NCBI GenBank assembly: GCA_951406725.2
Contig: OX597819.1
Span: 12,152,001-12,216,000 of the forward strand
Direction: 5' to 3'
DNA from: Octopus vulgaris
Lineage: Eukaryota
DNA length: 64,000 nt
Shown: positions 13,149-25,889 of the stretch, piece by piece
Layout of the letters: each line of letters starts with the position of its first letter
Position numbering within the stretch: position 1 is the stretch's first letter
Notes under the pieces: model-generated
The model's input: the letters and a program-made list of their open reading frames with translations, nothing else
What the model was told of the DNA's origin: nothing
Database searches by the model: none
Translations under genes and position numbers: made by a program

Positions 13149-13307
13149 TCTTACCTTAACACATTTCTTCTCCTGAATAACTACCCATTCTTAGTATCAA
13201 TCAGAAACATCAACTGCTAAATAATTCTAACGCCGTCCACGAGGAATCGGTAAAAGCATGGCCAGAGACTAAGATGGCGGTGTTATATATGAAATCAAGT
13301 CACGTGG
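13149..13307 (-). promoter_or_regulatory. Promoter/exon-1 module P2 (upstream of ZF2)
   Basis: E-box at 13299-13306, YY1-like site at 13271-13280, donor at ~13154. Confidence 0.65.
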
Positions 13308-13389
13308 TCTACAGGCTAAGTTTTCTTTCGTTCTTCATTCGATAGAAAGTTTCGCCTGAAGTTCTGAGTTTCGGATAACGTGAAATATA

Positions 13390-13776
13390 TTTCTTTATTG
13401 CACACAAGGAGCTAAACATAGGGATTAAGTTGATCACATCGACCCCAATATGCAACTGGTACTTTATTTATCGACCCTGAAAGGATGAAAGGCAAAGTCA
13501 ACCTTGGCAGAATTTGAACTCAGAACATAAGACAGACGAAATACCTATTTCTTTACTACCCACAAGGGGCTAAACACAGAGAGGACAAACAAGGACAGAC
13601 AAACGGATTAAGTCAATTACATCGACCCCAGTGCATAACTGGTACTTATTTAATCGACCCTGAAAGGGTGAAAGGAAAAGTCGACCTCGGCGGAATTTGA
13701 ACTCAGAACATAACGGCAGACGAAATATGGCTACGCATTTCGCCCGGCGTGCTGACGTTTCTGCCAGCTCGCCGCC
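13390..13776 (-). mobile_element. tRNA-derived SINE family B, one full plus one partial tandem copy
   Basis: Head ggcggcgagctggcagaaacg, B-box gagttcaaattcc, and two tails. Imperfect TSD (aacgtgaaatat / agcgtgacatat). Absent at the paralogous site ~2030. Confidence 0.85.
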
Positions 13777-15299
13777 TGAATAGCGTGACATATTTTCTGT
13801 GTTGTTATTGTGCCGATGCAGATATACCATCTCTTGCCGGAAACCCTTAGGAGTTGGCCCTTTTTGGATTTTTGAAATAGTAGTACAATATATTTGTAGG
13901 CCTTCAAATACAAGTCGCCGATCATCTGTGCGACTTTGAATTCAAAATCCTTTTCGGAGGTTGAACAGATAGGCATACCATTAAAGTGAATCCAGAGGCT
14001 TAGCCTAGTAATGTACATGCACGTTTTAACTAACCATAATTATGAGGGAAATATCATCGGCTAGCTCAGGATAATGGGGAAATCCGCATTAAACAAGACG
14101 TCTACATACCAAACAACTAGTAAATCTATGAATGTTCAGACTGAAGGGAATAAAGATTTTTAAATATTATCATAGTTTATTCATCTGGCTACATTTGATG
14201 CAAAGAGTGCACAAGTGTGACTCCAAAAGATCATATTTGGTGCTACATGCAATCTTTGGTGTGTAAATCTTTCAGTTTCCATACATAAGATTCTGTACTT
14301 GCATTGTGACCCTGCTATTGAGGACTAAAATTAAATTTGGTGAGATTCATCTTTTATCAAAATATAGAATATTGATGAAAACAACAGACAATTTCTTTCC
14401 ATTAAGATCAAATTGAAATCTTTGGGAAATATGGAAAATGTATAAGTGAAGTGGATCCGGTCTTTACAACAAGTTAATTGATATTATTGGAGTTTTGTTT
14501 TTGCTTTGAAATTTTAAACACCTATAGAGGTGGCCAGTTCATTGCTAGAAGATTGGGCACATGACTTGCTGAAGATATTTTCCTGATTAGTTAAGACTGC
14601 AGGAAGCCTTTTGAAAACAAAAGTGTAGTTAGGGTTAGTACAGATTGATATAGGGTTAAGAAAGTCGTTAGAAGATAAAATTAGATGAAGAGAAGGCTCA
14701 CAATAAAGAAGCATCATTTCAATTAGTTGTAACCAAAGTTTGCTAGCTCTCAGCACGTCTGAGCATTTGAGAAGTGGTAATAAGTTGGAGTTTTCCTTTC
14801 AGAAGGAGTTGCTTATCATCAGGATCAAAAAGTTAAACATTAATCAGGATACACGCAGAAAGACAGAGAGAAAAAATTGGGCAGAGTTTGGTGAAAACAG
14901 GGAATATTTTTGTGAGGTTGTGATAGAAGGTAACTGAAGGGACTTTGTTAAGAGTTATTGGCCTTGGTATGTTTGCAGGCAACTGAGGTACTTAAGACTG
15001 TGTGTGTGCATGGTGGATTGGAAAGAAACAGTTAATGCAATGGAGCTGGATGCAAAGCCTTTTCCACAGAACTACTCTGAGAACAACATTGAGAGATGGA
15101 GGGAACAAGGAATCTCCGTAGTCAGTAGTGATCCTTTTGGTATACAAAGATCAGTTGGAGTTTAGGAACTGGGTAAGGATTATCTAGTTTGCAGGGATGG
15201 GTGGTTTGGTTCAAGCATTGTAGTTGCTGTTTTGTGTCTGAACGGCTGGAATGATGCTATGAGTAAAGCATTCAGGGCCATGTGGGATATGGACGGATA

Positions 15300-15448
15300 T
15301 CATCATCATGTTTAACGTCTGCTTTCCATGCTAGAATGGGATGAATGATTTGACTGAGGACTGGTGAACCAGATGGCTGCACTAGGCCCCAATCTGATCT
15401 GGCAGAATTTCTACAGCTGGATGCCCTTCCTAACGCCAACCACTCCGA
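15300..15448 (-). mobile_element. RTE-type 3' tail fragment
   Basis: catcatcatgtttaacgtc...ctacagctggatgcccttcctaacgccaaccactccga matches 35390-35540 in reverse. Confidence 0.65.
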
Positions 15449-15507
15449 TATACCTAAAAGAATCCGTGCAGTCACCAGCCTTGATCTTTCTAATGGATCA
15501 ACAGTGT

Positions 15508-16718
15508 ATTCAATTCAATTCAATTTTTATTGGCTCAAAAAGCAAAAGCAAGGCCATGTAGGGGGACAGGGAGGGTGGTCATACAAAGAGTTCAGGCCAT
15601 TTCTGGTCAAGAGAGACTTTAAACCGAGCGGTTGTCAGCATCTTCACTATCTCATCCGGCAGCTTATTCCACGGATCCGCAACCCGGACGGAGAAAGCCC
15701 CTCTCCTTCGATTGAGATGAAATCGTCGTAGATAGAGCTTTTCGAAGTGACCCCGCAGCTCACGCTCTGGAGCAGGAGTGAAGAAAAGCTCTTTTGAGGT
15801 GTTACACTTTCTGCTTATGATGTTGTGAGCGAGAATGAGATCACCACAGCGGCGGCGTTTTTTGAGAGAATAAAGGTCGAGCGTCTTCAGCCTTTCTTCA
15901 TAAGACAAATGCTTGAGACCAAGAACCATGCTGGTAGCCAGCTTCTGGACTCTTTCGAGATGATGTATGTCTTTGAGGAGATAAGGAGAAGAGGCTTGAA
16001 TCCCGTACTCCAATATGGGTCTCACCAGTGTGATATAGAGCGGTAGGAATATGGCTGCTGTGAGCATTCCGAATGACCGTTGAATCAAAAACAGAACTCC
16101 GCATGCTTTGTTGGCAGCATGGACACATTGGGCCGAAGGCAAAAAGGAAGAATCCACTAAGATACCCAGGTCCTTTACTTGGTCGGTCTTCTCCAGCAGC
16201 AGATGACCCGGCTCAAAATCAAGTTGAGTTGCAGGAGAGGAGCCAACAGGCAGATGACAACACTGTGACACGTTCAGACACAGGTCCCATTCGTTTGACC
16301 ATCTCCAAATTTGGTGGAGGCATTGACGAAGATCATCTATATCACTGCGAGGAGCGACCAGTTTGACATTGTCGGCAAATAGAAAGGTGTGTTGCGTGAG
16401 GTCGTCGGGCAAGTCATTGATGAAGACTAAAAAGAATAACAGCCCAAGCACTGAACCTTGAGGCATGCCACTGCTCACACTCAAGACGTCAGACAGTGAA
16501 CCATTAACTTGGACTTGGAAGGAGCAATCTGAGAGGAAGGCACCAACTCATCGTACAATATCCGGATGGAAACGATATGCTTGAAGCTTGACACGTAATA
16601 GGCGGTGGTTAACCGAGTCAAAAGCTTTGGCAAAGTCCAATAAAACTATGTCAACAGCATCACCATCATCCAGGATACGCGTCACCAATTCTTCCATTAC
16701 CAGTAAGTTGGTCAAGCA
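15508..16718 (-). mobile_element. CR1-clade LINE, 5'-truncated, reverse transcriptase fragment (301-aa ORF)
   Basis: LDFAKAFDSVNH, GMPQGSVLGLLFFLVFINDLP, FADN (catalytic YADD degenerate), KDLGILVD, LERVQKLAT, WNKLP, and an (ATTGA)n tail. Confidence 0.92.
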
Positions 16719-18723
16719 TGATACCAGGATAATTTTTAAAAACTAATGGAGCTGTGGCTATTCAGCTTACTTAGAGGTTCAGGTTATTGTGATGAAAAAA
16801 AATGATCAGTTGACTTCAGAAGTATAAAGATAACTATGGGTTGGGTCTGCAGGGTGAGAAAGATATAAAGACTATTTGGAATGACTGTAAATGAGTTATC
16901 AAAGGATGGTTTTGAGGAATAATGGCAGTACAGAACTATAGGGAAGTTCAGTTCCTGTGTCTGCATGTTCAGCCAATGGTGATAATTTATCTAGATTTAT
17001 AAGACAATCGAAACTACCACACGACCAGATCCATAACAACCATGATAATATAATCAATAGCATATCCTCATGACAACCATGGGGCTTTACATCCAAATGT
17101 TATAATATTGTTATACATAATGATGGTCATATTTTGCTAATTAAACACACACACACTATATATTTGGTCTTCTCTTCAGCTTTATCATTATTCTAGTTTC
17201 TTTCTTAAAGCTCTTTCATTACACATTCTGTGACCTCTTCAGTAACTCTCTATCCCATGTCTCTTCTTGTTCTGCTTATTCCATTTTCTATTTCTGTGGT
17301 ATGTATCTATATATGCACAACAATTTGCATCTGTATCTGAGTGTCTTTTTTGTGTGCATATGTGTATGCTTGCTACATTGTTTGTACCTGTTTTTTTAAT
17401 TTTTTTTTTTTTAGCATGTCTTGTGTGTGTGTGTGTGTGGGTTTATGTATTATACTGTACGTCTTTAGTCATCAGGCTGTGCAATGTGATGGAGTGGGGG
17501 TGATGTTGTTAAATCATTCATGTTTCCTGCCGAGGCTCAGTCCACCTACTACTATATCTGTGGCCTTCATAACCTGTCTGAGTGTCATGTCTGGTCTATG
17601 TGATAATATTTTCTAACATCTTAAAATCTATGTTATTCACCAAGCCTGTATGTCATAATTGAGCATGTTGGTAGAGCACTGATGAGCTTTTCTCCTCCTT
17701 CAGCTTCCAGCAGTGTATGTTGTTGTCCTGTTTCTCTTCCATACCTCACTACACCTTATATTATAAGCTACATTCCAAATTTTACTGTTTATCTGTAGGT
17801 TCACCCTACACACTATACAGTTGCTCTCCTTAAAGGTGTTTTTTTCAAATTGCTATGTTCTGCAAATCTGGGATTTTACTGAGTTCCATCACCTCTCTGC
17901 AACTTTAATTCATTGATTCATTTTACCTAAGGTTTTCCCAAAAACATATCCTAGTTCACCTACAGGGGTATCATCAACGATAATAATACTCTGGTATTTT
18001 TAGTTATCATACCACAAGTTAGTTGGCCTTATCCACCTTCTTCATTTTTTTCATGCTATTCAGGATTTACTTGTGTATAGTGGGCACATCTCAATTTGCA
18101 TCATTCTCTATGATGGACTAGTACTTCGCCCTGGTTCCTTTCTAAACTTAGACCCTATCTCTTTGACAGGAGCCAGGTAACTGCGTGCAGTAGATGGAGT
18201 GTTTTATGTCTCCCTAATTCTGTTGCATTGCTAACAGTAGTAGTAGTAGTAGTAACAACAATTTTCTCACACTAACCACATCATATGATACATGTGACCT
18301 AACAAGTAACATTAAAAAGAAAAATTTACAACAATTTCGAAGAAAACTTTTTACATATCATAAACATTTATAGTAATTTAATTTCATATAAAGATTTATC
18401 TCTATCATTAAAAGTACGTTTATGAGTAGATATATAATCACTGTAAGTAACTGATTCCCCACAAATATCACAGCTGTATGGTTTTTTCCTCAGTATGAGT
18501 ACGATTGTCTTATTAAAGACCTCAAGTTAGAAAATGGTTTGCCACAGATTTCACAGTGGTGAGGTTTTACTCCAGCGTGTGTACATATATGTCTGTTTAG
18601 GCTGCCACTACTGTGAAATTCCTTGCCACAAACTTCACAGTGATATGGTTTTTCTTTGGTATGAGTGCATTTATAAATTAATAGGACAATTTTTCCAGAA
18701 AATGCTTTCCCACAAATATCATG

Positions 18724-19755
18724 TTAGTGTGGTTTTTCTCCAGTATGAAAATGGATATGAGTTGTTAAGCTGCTCTTATGCGAAAATTCTTTTCCACATA
18801 TTAAACAGTGAAATGGTTTCTCTCCCGTATGAATACGTCTGTGACTTTTTAAGCTACCAGTTTCAGAAAATGCTTGGCCACAGATTTCACACTGATGTGG
18901 CTTCTCCCCAGTATGAACACGATTGTGTTTCTTTAAGCTGCACCTCTCAGAAAAGTCTTTCCCACAAACTTCACAGTGATATGGTTTCTCTCCTGTATGA
19001 ATACGATTGTGTGATGTTAAGAGATATTTTTCATGAAATGCCTTCCCACAGATTTCACAGTGATGTCCGTTTTTCCCCGTGTGAACACGTTTATGCCTTC
19101 TTAAGGTAATATTCCCTGGAAATCCTTTCCCACATACTTCACAAGCATATGGCTTCTCTCCAGTGTGAACTCGTTTGTGTACTGTTAAAGACTCTTTCAG
19201 AGAAAATGTTTTACCACAAATTTCACAGTGGTAAGGTTTTGAGTGCACACCTCTGTGTCTTTCAAAGTTACTCACATTAGAAAATGCTTTCCCACAGTCA
19301 TCACACTTGTATGGCTTCTCCCCAGTATGAGTACGTTTATGTCTTGATAAATCACCAAGTTGAGAAAATCTTTTGCCACAAATTTCACAATGGTATCGTT
19401 TTTCTCCAGTGTGAATAAGCTGATGAATTCTTATATTATTAAACTGTGAAAATGCTTTGCCACAGATTTCACAGTTGTATGGTTTCTCTCCAGTGTGAGT
19501 ACGTTTGTGTGTTTTTATATAACCTTTAGTGGAAAATGATTTTCCACATATTTCACAGTGAAACGGTTTCTCTCCTGTGTGTACACGTTTGTGTCCTGTT
19601 AAAGAAGATTTAACAGAGAATGCCTTCTCACATACTTCACAGTTGTATGGCTTTTCTCCAGTATGAGTGCGCCTGTGAATAGCTAAATTACATTTTGTAG
19701 TAAGTACTTTACCACAAATGCCACATTTGTAATGTTTGCTCACTTTCTGAAACAT
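18724..19755 (-). CDS. ZF3: C2H2 zinc-finger protein, 12 fingers, 343 aa
   Basis: Intact ORF with 12 C2H2 repeats ending KPH-TAA; acceptor at ~19886. Confidence 0.93.
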   Translation of the reverse strand: MFQKVSKHYKCGICGKVLTTKCNLAIHRRTHTGEKPYNCEVCEKAFSVKSSLTGHKRVHTGEKPFHCEICGKSFSTKGYIKTHKRTHTGEKPYNCEICGKAFSQFNNIRIHQLIHTGEKRYHCEICGKRFSQLGDLSRHKRTHTGEKPYKCDDCGKAFSNVSNFERHRGVHSKPYHCEICGKTFSLKESLTVHKRVHTGEKPYACEVCGKGFPGNITLRRHKRVHTGKNGHHCEICGKAFHEKYLLTSHNRIHTGEKPYHCEVCGKDFSERCSLKKHNRVHTGEKPHQCEICGQAFSETGSLKSHRRIHTGEKPFHCLICGKEFSHKSSLTTHIHFHTGEKPH

Positions 19756-19935
19756 TCTCTCAGTTAAATTTTACAGTTTTATTCTGTCACTCTATGAAGA
19801 CATTAACTGGTTGATAAATCTCTATTCTAACATAGCAGACTTGCAGTATCCTCTGCAGATAATCTTCTTTCAAATGGAAATATGTCCTGAAAGAAAAATA
19901 AAATAAATATTAGTTACTAATGACAATTAAACAAA

Positions 19936-20315
19936 TCTCTCTCTATATAAACGGCAGTTTGTCTGTGCGTGTTTCTGTGTGTCTGTTTGCTTGTACCCTC
20001 ACCCTGACCACGGCTTTCAACCGATTCTGATGAAACTTGACACACACATAGCCCAATGTCATAATTCAAAACTAACGCAGCGAAAATTTTGAAAAGTTCC
20101 CCCGGTTCTGAAAAAAATCGATAAATTCGACATGGGGTCGAGAATCAGGAATACGAACCACAAACAGTCTAGGGGACGCAACTCTACCTTTAAATCTCAA
20201 AAAAAAATTTACCATCATTTTTTTCCATTTTTTTGCTATTTTGGCTATAACTCTCTAAAAATGCTTTATAGTTATTTCCCTTACAAACCTGAGCAACGCC
20301 GGGCGATACTGCTAG
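19936..20315 (+). mobile_element. Non-autonomous Helitron
   Basis: 5' TC, 3' CTAG, subterminal hairpin (cctgagcaacgccggg), inserted between A and T. Confidence 0.8.
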
Positions 20316-20454
20316 TATTACATAAATCCCTTCATTAATTCAAATATTTTTCTCCTTCACTATTAATATGTATCTAAGAATCTCAGAAAAATGTCATGGA
20401 AATATAGTAACAGTTAGTATTTGGTTTAGTTGAAAAAGAACAGCCTACTTTAGA

Positions 20455-21030
20455 CATGAAATGCACAAGATAATTAATGTTATGGAAGACACTAAATGTC
20501 CAAGAAGTTGCAAAGCAGATCACCATCTTGGATACCATGTACACGTTAAGTGTAGCTTAGAAGGTCTCTAACCAGACAATCATTGTTAGACTAAAGCTAG
20601 TTCTGTTTTGCCCAAAGAATCAAATGAGGCCATAGATGTTTATGAAGATTTGATCCTACCTTCACCGCCAACTGGACTGAGTAAAAAGCAAGTCAAGAAC
20701 TGGTTGTCCACAGATGATGGTGCTCTTGTTGCTCCAGAGACCATCACTGAAGGAGAGAAACTAAACAAGATCATTCACGACATTCGGCATTCTGAGAAGG
20801 AAACCGAAGGAGATGAAGATGGCGATTCTGACGCTGTTGATGAAAGAGTTCCGGAGCTTCCAATACCAGGTGAAATGAGACACTATCTCACTCAATTAGA
20901 AAGTGGCCTTAAAACTTAATTTCAGTGACATGAAACTTTTTAGAACTCGTGAGGAAAAAAAAAAATCAATGCAGAGTTGCAAATGAAGAATCCAACAAAG
21001 CAAACAACACTCAACAAAATTTTCATTCAA
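20455..21030 (+). mobile_element. Tigger/pogo-like transposase C-terminal relic
   Basis: KQITILDTMYTLSVA*KVSNQTI, an acidic region in ORF 20608..20919, and a terminal KQTTLNKIF motif. Confidence 0.65.
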
Positions 21031-21099
21031 TGGCATTGTTTATCATGTTTTTCTTTGTGTATATGCATATGTACGCATTTTAATAACTACAAAAATTGC

Positions 21100-22280
21100 T
21101 AAATGATGAGAATGAGTAGAAGAAATATGGTCTGCCAAATGTCGACCCAACAGAGGGTCCAGTTATCTGTATTGACAGTACCTTGGTAGATAAAGCAATT
21201 AAGGGTATGAAGACAAGGAAAGACCCCAGCCCATCAGGAATCACTGCAGAGATGCTTAAAATACCTGGTGGTGTAGGCTATAGTCTAGACACCTGTATAG
21301 TCAATCAGGTGATACATGAAGGAGTCATACCCAATGACTGGTATAGCAGCACCATAGTCAACTGCTACAAAGGTAAAGGTGATGCATTAGATACGAAAAA
21401 TTACAGAGATATCAAATTGTTGGATCAGATGACGAAAGTCACGGAGAGGGTCATAGCCCAACTAATTAAGGAGAGAGTTAGTTTAGACGAGATGCAGTTT
21501 GAGTTTGTGTCAGGGAGAAGCACCACTGGTGCTATATTTCTGGTAAAACAGCTGTCAGTAAGGTAAGGGTTGGCAATATAGTAAAGAATTCCAGGTAGGG
21601 GTCCACCAAGGATCAGTCCTCAGCTCACTCTTATTCATCATAGTCCTCCAGACAACAACAGAAGAATTCAAGACAGGATGCCCCAGGGAGCTCCTCTATG
21701 CTGATGTACCTGGGTAAGCTATGGACACATATGAGGTGCAGCAATATCAAAGGAAGGCTAACTGTGAAAATAGTTTTTTTGTGTGGCAGATAAACATGTG
21801 CAGAAAACAGTTTCCGTCACATGTCAGGTGGAAAAACTAGAAGCAGTTGATGGCTTCCATTACCTAGGTGACCAAGTCAGTAGCAGGAGTGGATGCTCTG
21901 AGAGCATAGCTGTAAGAATAGCTTGGGCGAAGTTCAGAGAGTTCCTACCTCTGCAGGTATCAAAAGGCCTCATGCCCAGAGTGAAAGGTACACTGTATAA
22001 CACATGTGGGTGAACAGCCATGCTACACGGCAGTGAAACATGGGCTGTGATAACTAAGGATATGCGTAAGCTTGCAAAAAATTAAGCTGGTATGCTCCAC
22101 TGGATGTGTAATGTCAGTGTGCATGCACGACAGTGTAAGCGCCCTGAGAGAAAAGCATCAGATGTGATGTACAAGAGTCAACTGCACTGGTAAGGTCGTG
22201 CTGCGTATGGATGAGGACAGCTATGTGAAGAAGTGTCACACCCTAGCAGTGGAGGGAACCTGTGAAAGAAGTAGACTCAC
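21100..22280 (+). mobile_element. RTE-clade LINE RT relic
   Basis: PSGITAEMLK...YKGKGDALDTKNYRDIKLL...MQFEFVSGRSTT, VGVHQGSVLS, ELLYAD, FHYLGD; many stops and indels. Confidence 0.85.
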
Positions 22281-22479
22281 CTATGATCTCTTTAAAGTAA
22301 ACAAAATCAAAAATTTGAATGACGGGGGTAGGGGTGTTGTAATTTTTTTTTTTTTTTGCATATTCGTAATCTCTGACATCTAAAATGTAGGAATCCGAAA
22401 AATTTCAAAAGAATGCATTTCTCAAGGAGAGGTGAGAAACTGCATTAGCTCTAAGAATTCTAAAAACAATAAGTAAGCT

Positions 22480-23430
22480 GTATGAGAACAGAGCAAAAGG
22501 GATCGCTCCCGATGGAAAGACGGAATACTTTGAAGTCAAAGCCGGAGTATTACACGCTAGCACCTTATCTCTTCACCATCGTTCTGGACTATGTAATGTA
22601 TATGTAGAACGTACGAGGGCAAGGAAGAAGAACTGGGATTCAAACTGCATAGGCAAAGAAGTAGACGGCATCAAGCGGGATCAGTAACTGACCTAGATTA
22701 TGCTGATGACCTGGTATTACTAACAGAGAGGACAGATCAGGTACAGGAGGTGCTGAGCAGATTAAAGCAGGAATCAGGGAAGGTGGGATTGTACTGTAAT
22801 GCAAACAAAACAGAGCTGCAAGTACTCAATCAGTGAAAGTGAGAGACGGTAAGTCGCTGAAGGTGGTTGAAAATTTCAAATACCTTGGTGCGTGGACACA
22901 AAGTACTGAAAAAAAAAAAACATCGTAGCAAGGAAAGCTACTGCCTGGAGTGCATACCATAAATAGAGAAAGACGTGGGAGTTCAAAGGAAATTGAAAGG
23001 GAGCTTGTTTCAGACAACAGTGGAATCTGTTTAAACTGGGCTGAAATATGGACGCTGACTAAAAGCATTGAACGGTTCTTATACGAGGATGCTTAGAATG
23101 GCATTCAATGTCTCCTGGAAGAGCCATACAACAAACGCCGACTTACACCAGGGACTACCAAAAGTAACATTGAAGGTACAGCATAGAAAGATGAGGCTAG
23201 ATGGGCACTATCAGACACACCGATGAAGTTGCTAACAAGCTAGTGCTCTGGCAATCAACAGAAGGAAAAAAACAAGAGAGGAAGACGACCTATATCGACA
23301 ACTTGCTGGAGGATACTGGTATGGGAGGGGTACAGGAGCTGAGGACCATTATGGAAGATCGAGATGATTGGGGGAAAACGTGTGGAAACAGTCTTGGGGC
23401 GTCCTATGAAACGACCCAGATGAGATAAGA
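22480..23430 (+). mobile_element. Second RTE-like LINE RT relic (different family)
   Basis: DGKTEYFEVKAGVL...LFTIVLDYVM...DLDYADDLVLL...FKYLGAW, with a (GATGA)-like tail. Confidence 0.8.
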
Positions 23431-23783
23431 GGTATCTATTATTTGTATAGTCTGTATACAAGGCAGTGAATTGGAAAAGTCAAAAACGGTGTATGTATTC
23501 TGGATTTAAGGGCACCGACTTTAAAAATCTAACCAGTTTACTTTGTCATGTCGTTTGGGACGATAAGCAAAGTACAAATCACGAACTGGAATCGATTTCT
23601 CTTTCATGCAATTGGATAAACGAAAGGAAAGACGACCGTTCACGGCCCGGTTAATTCTTCCAACGCTCTGGATACACGAAAGTCTCTAATATTTACCAGC
23701 AAATGTGAACCTGGAAACAGAACCACGACAGCCCAGTGTTAAAGAGATCAGCCGACATCAAACAAATATAAATAACAGTAATT

Positions 23784-24197
23784 GGTAATATTTAAGAAGA
23801 GTGGTCCCGGTGCGCGCACTCGCGCATCCGCACTAGCTAGTCGATCCTTACTTTGTGTTTTTGTTTTATCTACTGTTTAAAAAATTATTTACTTTGTGTT
23901 TTAGGCGATGCTTCGGTATATGTACACACGTGACTTTGTTTACATTTCTGAAGATAACAGAAACTCTTTTCTCCCACCCCTAACCCTAACACAAACCCTA
24001 ACTTTAACCCCCCATATATAAAAAAAAACACTTTTTTTAAATGTATCCGGTACATATACCAAAGATTCGCCTGTTTTATTTACTTTGTTTTAAAAAAATT
24101 TATTTATTTTGTGTTTTATTTTGCTAGGTAGTCGTTGTAGGATCGACTAGTCACGACTAGCTTGCGCGCACCAGGACCACTCTTCTTAAATAGTACT
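23784..24197. mobile_element. MITE with ~35-bp or longer TIRs and 8-bp TSD, containing a nested MITE (23904-24071)
   Basis: Outer TIR ggtaatatttaagaagagtggtcccggtgcgcgca with TSD cagtaatt/cagtaact. The inner element runs ggcga...tcgcc and is flanked by tgtttta repeats. Confidence 0.8.
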
Positions 24198-24787
24198 CAG
24201 TAACTTACATTGGAGAGGTTAGTTAATTGGGTTGACTATTAAAAGAAAGCCTTTTATATCGACCCAGGATGGGAAACAATTATCGGCGGAGATAAAGACA
24301 ATGGACCGCACCGCCTTTTGGGATTTTATTTATTTATTATTTTTTTCCAGGAACCCACTATATCGAGTGCGGAGATTCCGAATCTGCAAGAAAATCTGCA
24401 TTTAAAAATTTTAATCCCACACCCCAATTTGTTTTTAATTTTCACTTTAAAAAAACAAGTATGTTTCTCTGGCGCCTGTTTCATTAGAATATTTCGAGAC
24501 ACTATCTTGTCAGAAGAATACCGAAAATTTAATAACTTGATCGATTTGTACATTATCTACATTAAATATAGAACTGTATTAATCAAAATGTGACTAAACC
24601 TTCATTTATTATCAATTATATAGATAATTACAGTTATGGTCTGTAAAGAAAACTTATTTATCTGTACATTTTCATAAATGTTTCTCTTTTGCGATCCTTT
24701 GTAACGCTTGTCGTAAAAGAGAAACATGAAAATGTACAAATAGATAAGTTTTCTTTACAGACCATAATTGTTATTATCTATATAATA

Positions 24788-25167
24788 TCTCTCTATATAA
24801 AGCTGAAGTTGTCTGTGTATGGCAGGTTTGGTAGCCTTCAACTAACACTATCTCCTCCAAGACCCTGCGGCTCAAGTATGATAGAAGAAGGCTTGCTCTT
24901 CCTTCCGTAGAAGAAAAAATTCAAATCGGACCATGTTAACGCCAAAAATTATTTACATAAAAAAGGTGCTTTTTTTCTATGAAAATCCATATTTTTTACG
25001 ATTTTTTTACTGCTGTGTCGCCATTTTTCGGTGTATTTCAACCAGAAAAATGTTCACTTAAAGAGAATAACAAGCTACATAATGCAACATTTTTACTTTT
25101 CAAAAAATCCAATTCTAAAGGGTCGAAAAGAAAACAAGCCCGAGCAACGCTGGGCTATAACTGCTAG
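24788..25167 (+). mobile_element. Non-autonomous Helitron nested in the foldback element
   Basis: A/TC...cccgagcaacgctggg...CTAG/T. Confidence 0.8.
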
Positions 25168-25455
25168 TTGATAATAAAGTTGGTATAAAATGAAATTAAA
25201 TGAAGGTTTGGTCATAAATCGATTAAGTTAGTAAATCTTTGATATTTTTGTGACAAGATAGTGTCTCGAAACATTCTAATGAAACAGGCGCCAGAGAAAC
25301 ATATGTAAATATAACCATTTTTTTTTTTTTTTGAAAATTGAAATTTTACCATTTTTTGTTTTTTCGGAATCATAATCTCCGTATTTTGCCACGCACCCGC
25401 CAGTTTTTTAAAAGTGAAAATTGAAGAAATTGAAGGGTGAGGGATTATAATTTTG

Positions 25456-25718
25456 GGCGATCTTTCGTCTCTAGTAGACCTTTCTGTCGATTACACAACA
25501 TACTGTCTGTCTCCCACACCCCATCAAACACACACACACATGTACATCAATGCTCCCATACACGGTAACTTCAAAAGAACTTCCCTCGTCATACAATCGC
25601 TTTCTCTTAGTCTCTTTCGCTCTCATTACTTCAAAAGTTCCCGCAAGCCCATTTGTAAAAAAAAAAAATTTTTTTTACGGAAATCGACGGAAAGGTCTAC
25701 AAGAGACGAAAGATCGCC
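25456..25718. mobile_element. MITE with ~37-bp TIRs (ggcgatctttcgtctc...)
   Basis: TIR pair and flanking repeat (a/t)taattttg. Confidence 0.85.
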
Positions 25719-25889
25719 TTAATTTTGAAATGCAGATTTTTGGGCAGATTCGGAATCTCCGTATTGGAATAGTGGGTTCCTAGAAAAAAAAAAAAAGCAA
25801 TTCCAAATGGAGATGTGGTCCATTGTCTTTACTTCAGCCACAATTACCTATTTTAATCACGTACAAAGATTGCCGATAAATAAACATTA

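Larger units (their letters stand above)
24285..25839. mobile_element. Large foldback element (near full-length palindrome) with 9-bp TSD
   Basis: Arms 24285-24695 and 24712-25839 are reverse complements once the nested Helitron and MITE are removed. TSD acaattatc/acaattacc. Confidence 0.85.

Noticed and set aside
15579-16484. Domesticated or active reverse transcriptase
   Set aside because: 5'-truncated, catalytic motif reads FADN, upstream frame is disrupted, and it has an ordinary microsatellite tail.
17640-18300. Coding exon in the conserved 3' flank
   Set aside because: No frame stays open across copies and no recognisable domain was seen; treated as UTR or flank.
23978-24003. Interstitial telomeric repeat (CCCTAA)
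   Set aside because: Only 2-3 units, internal to a MITE.
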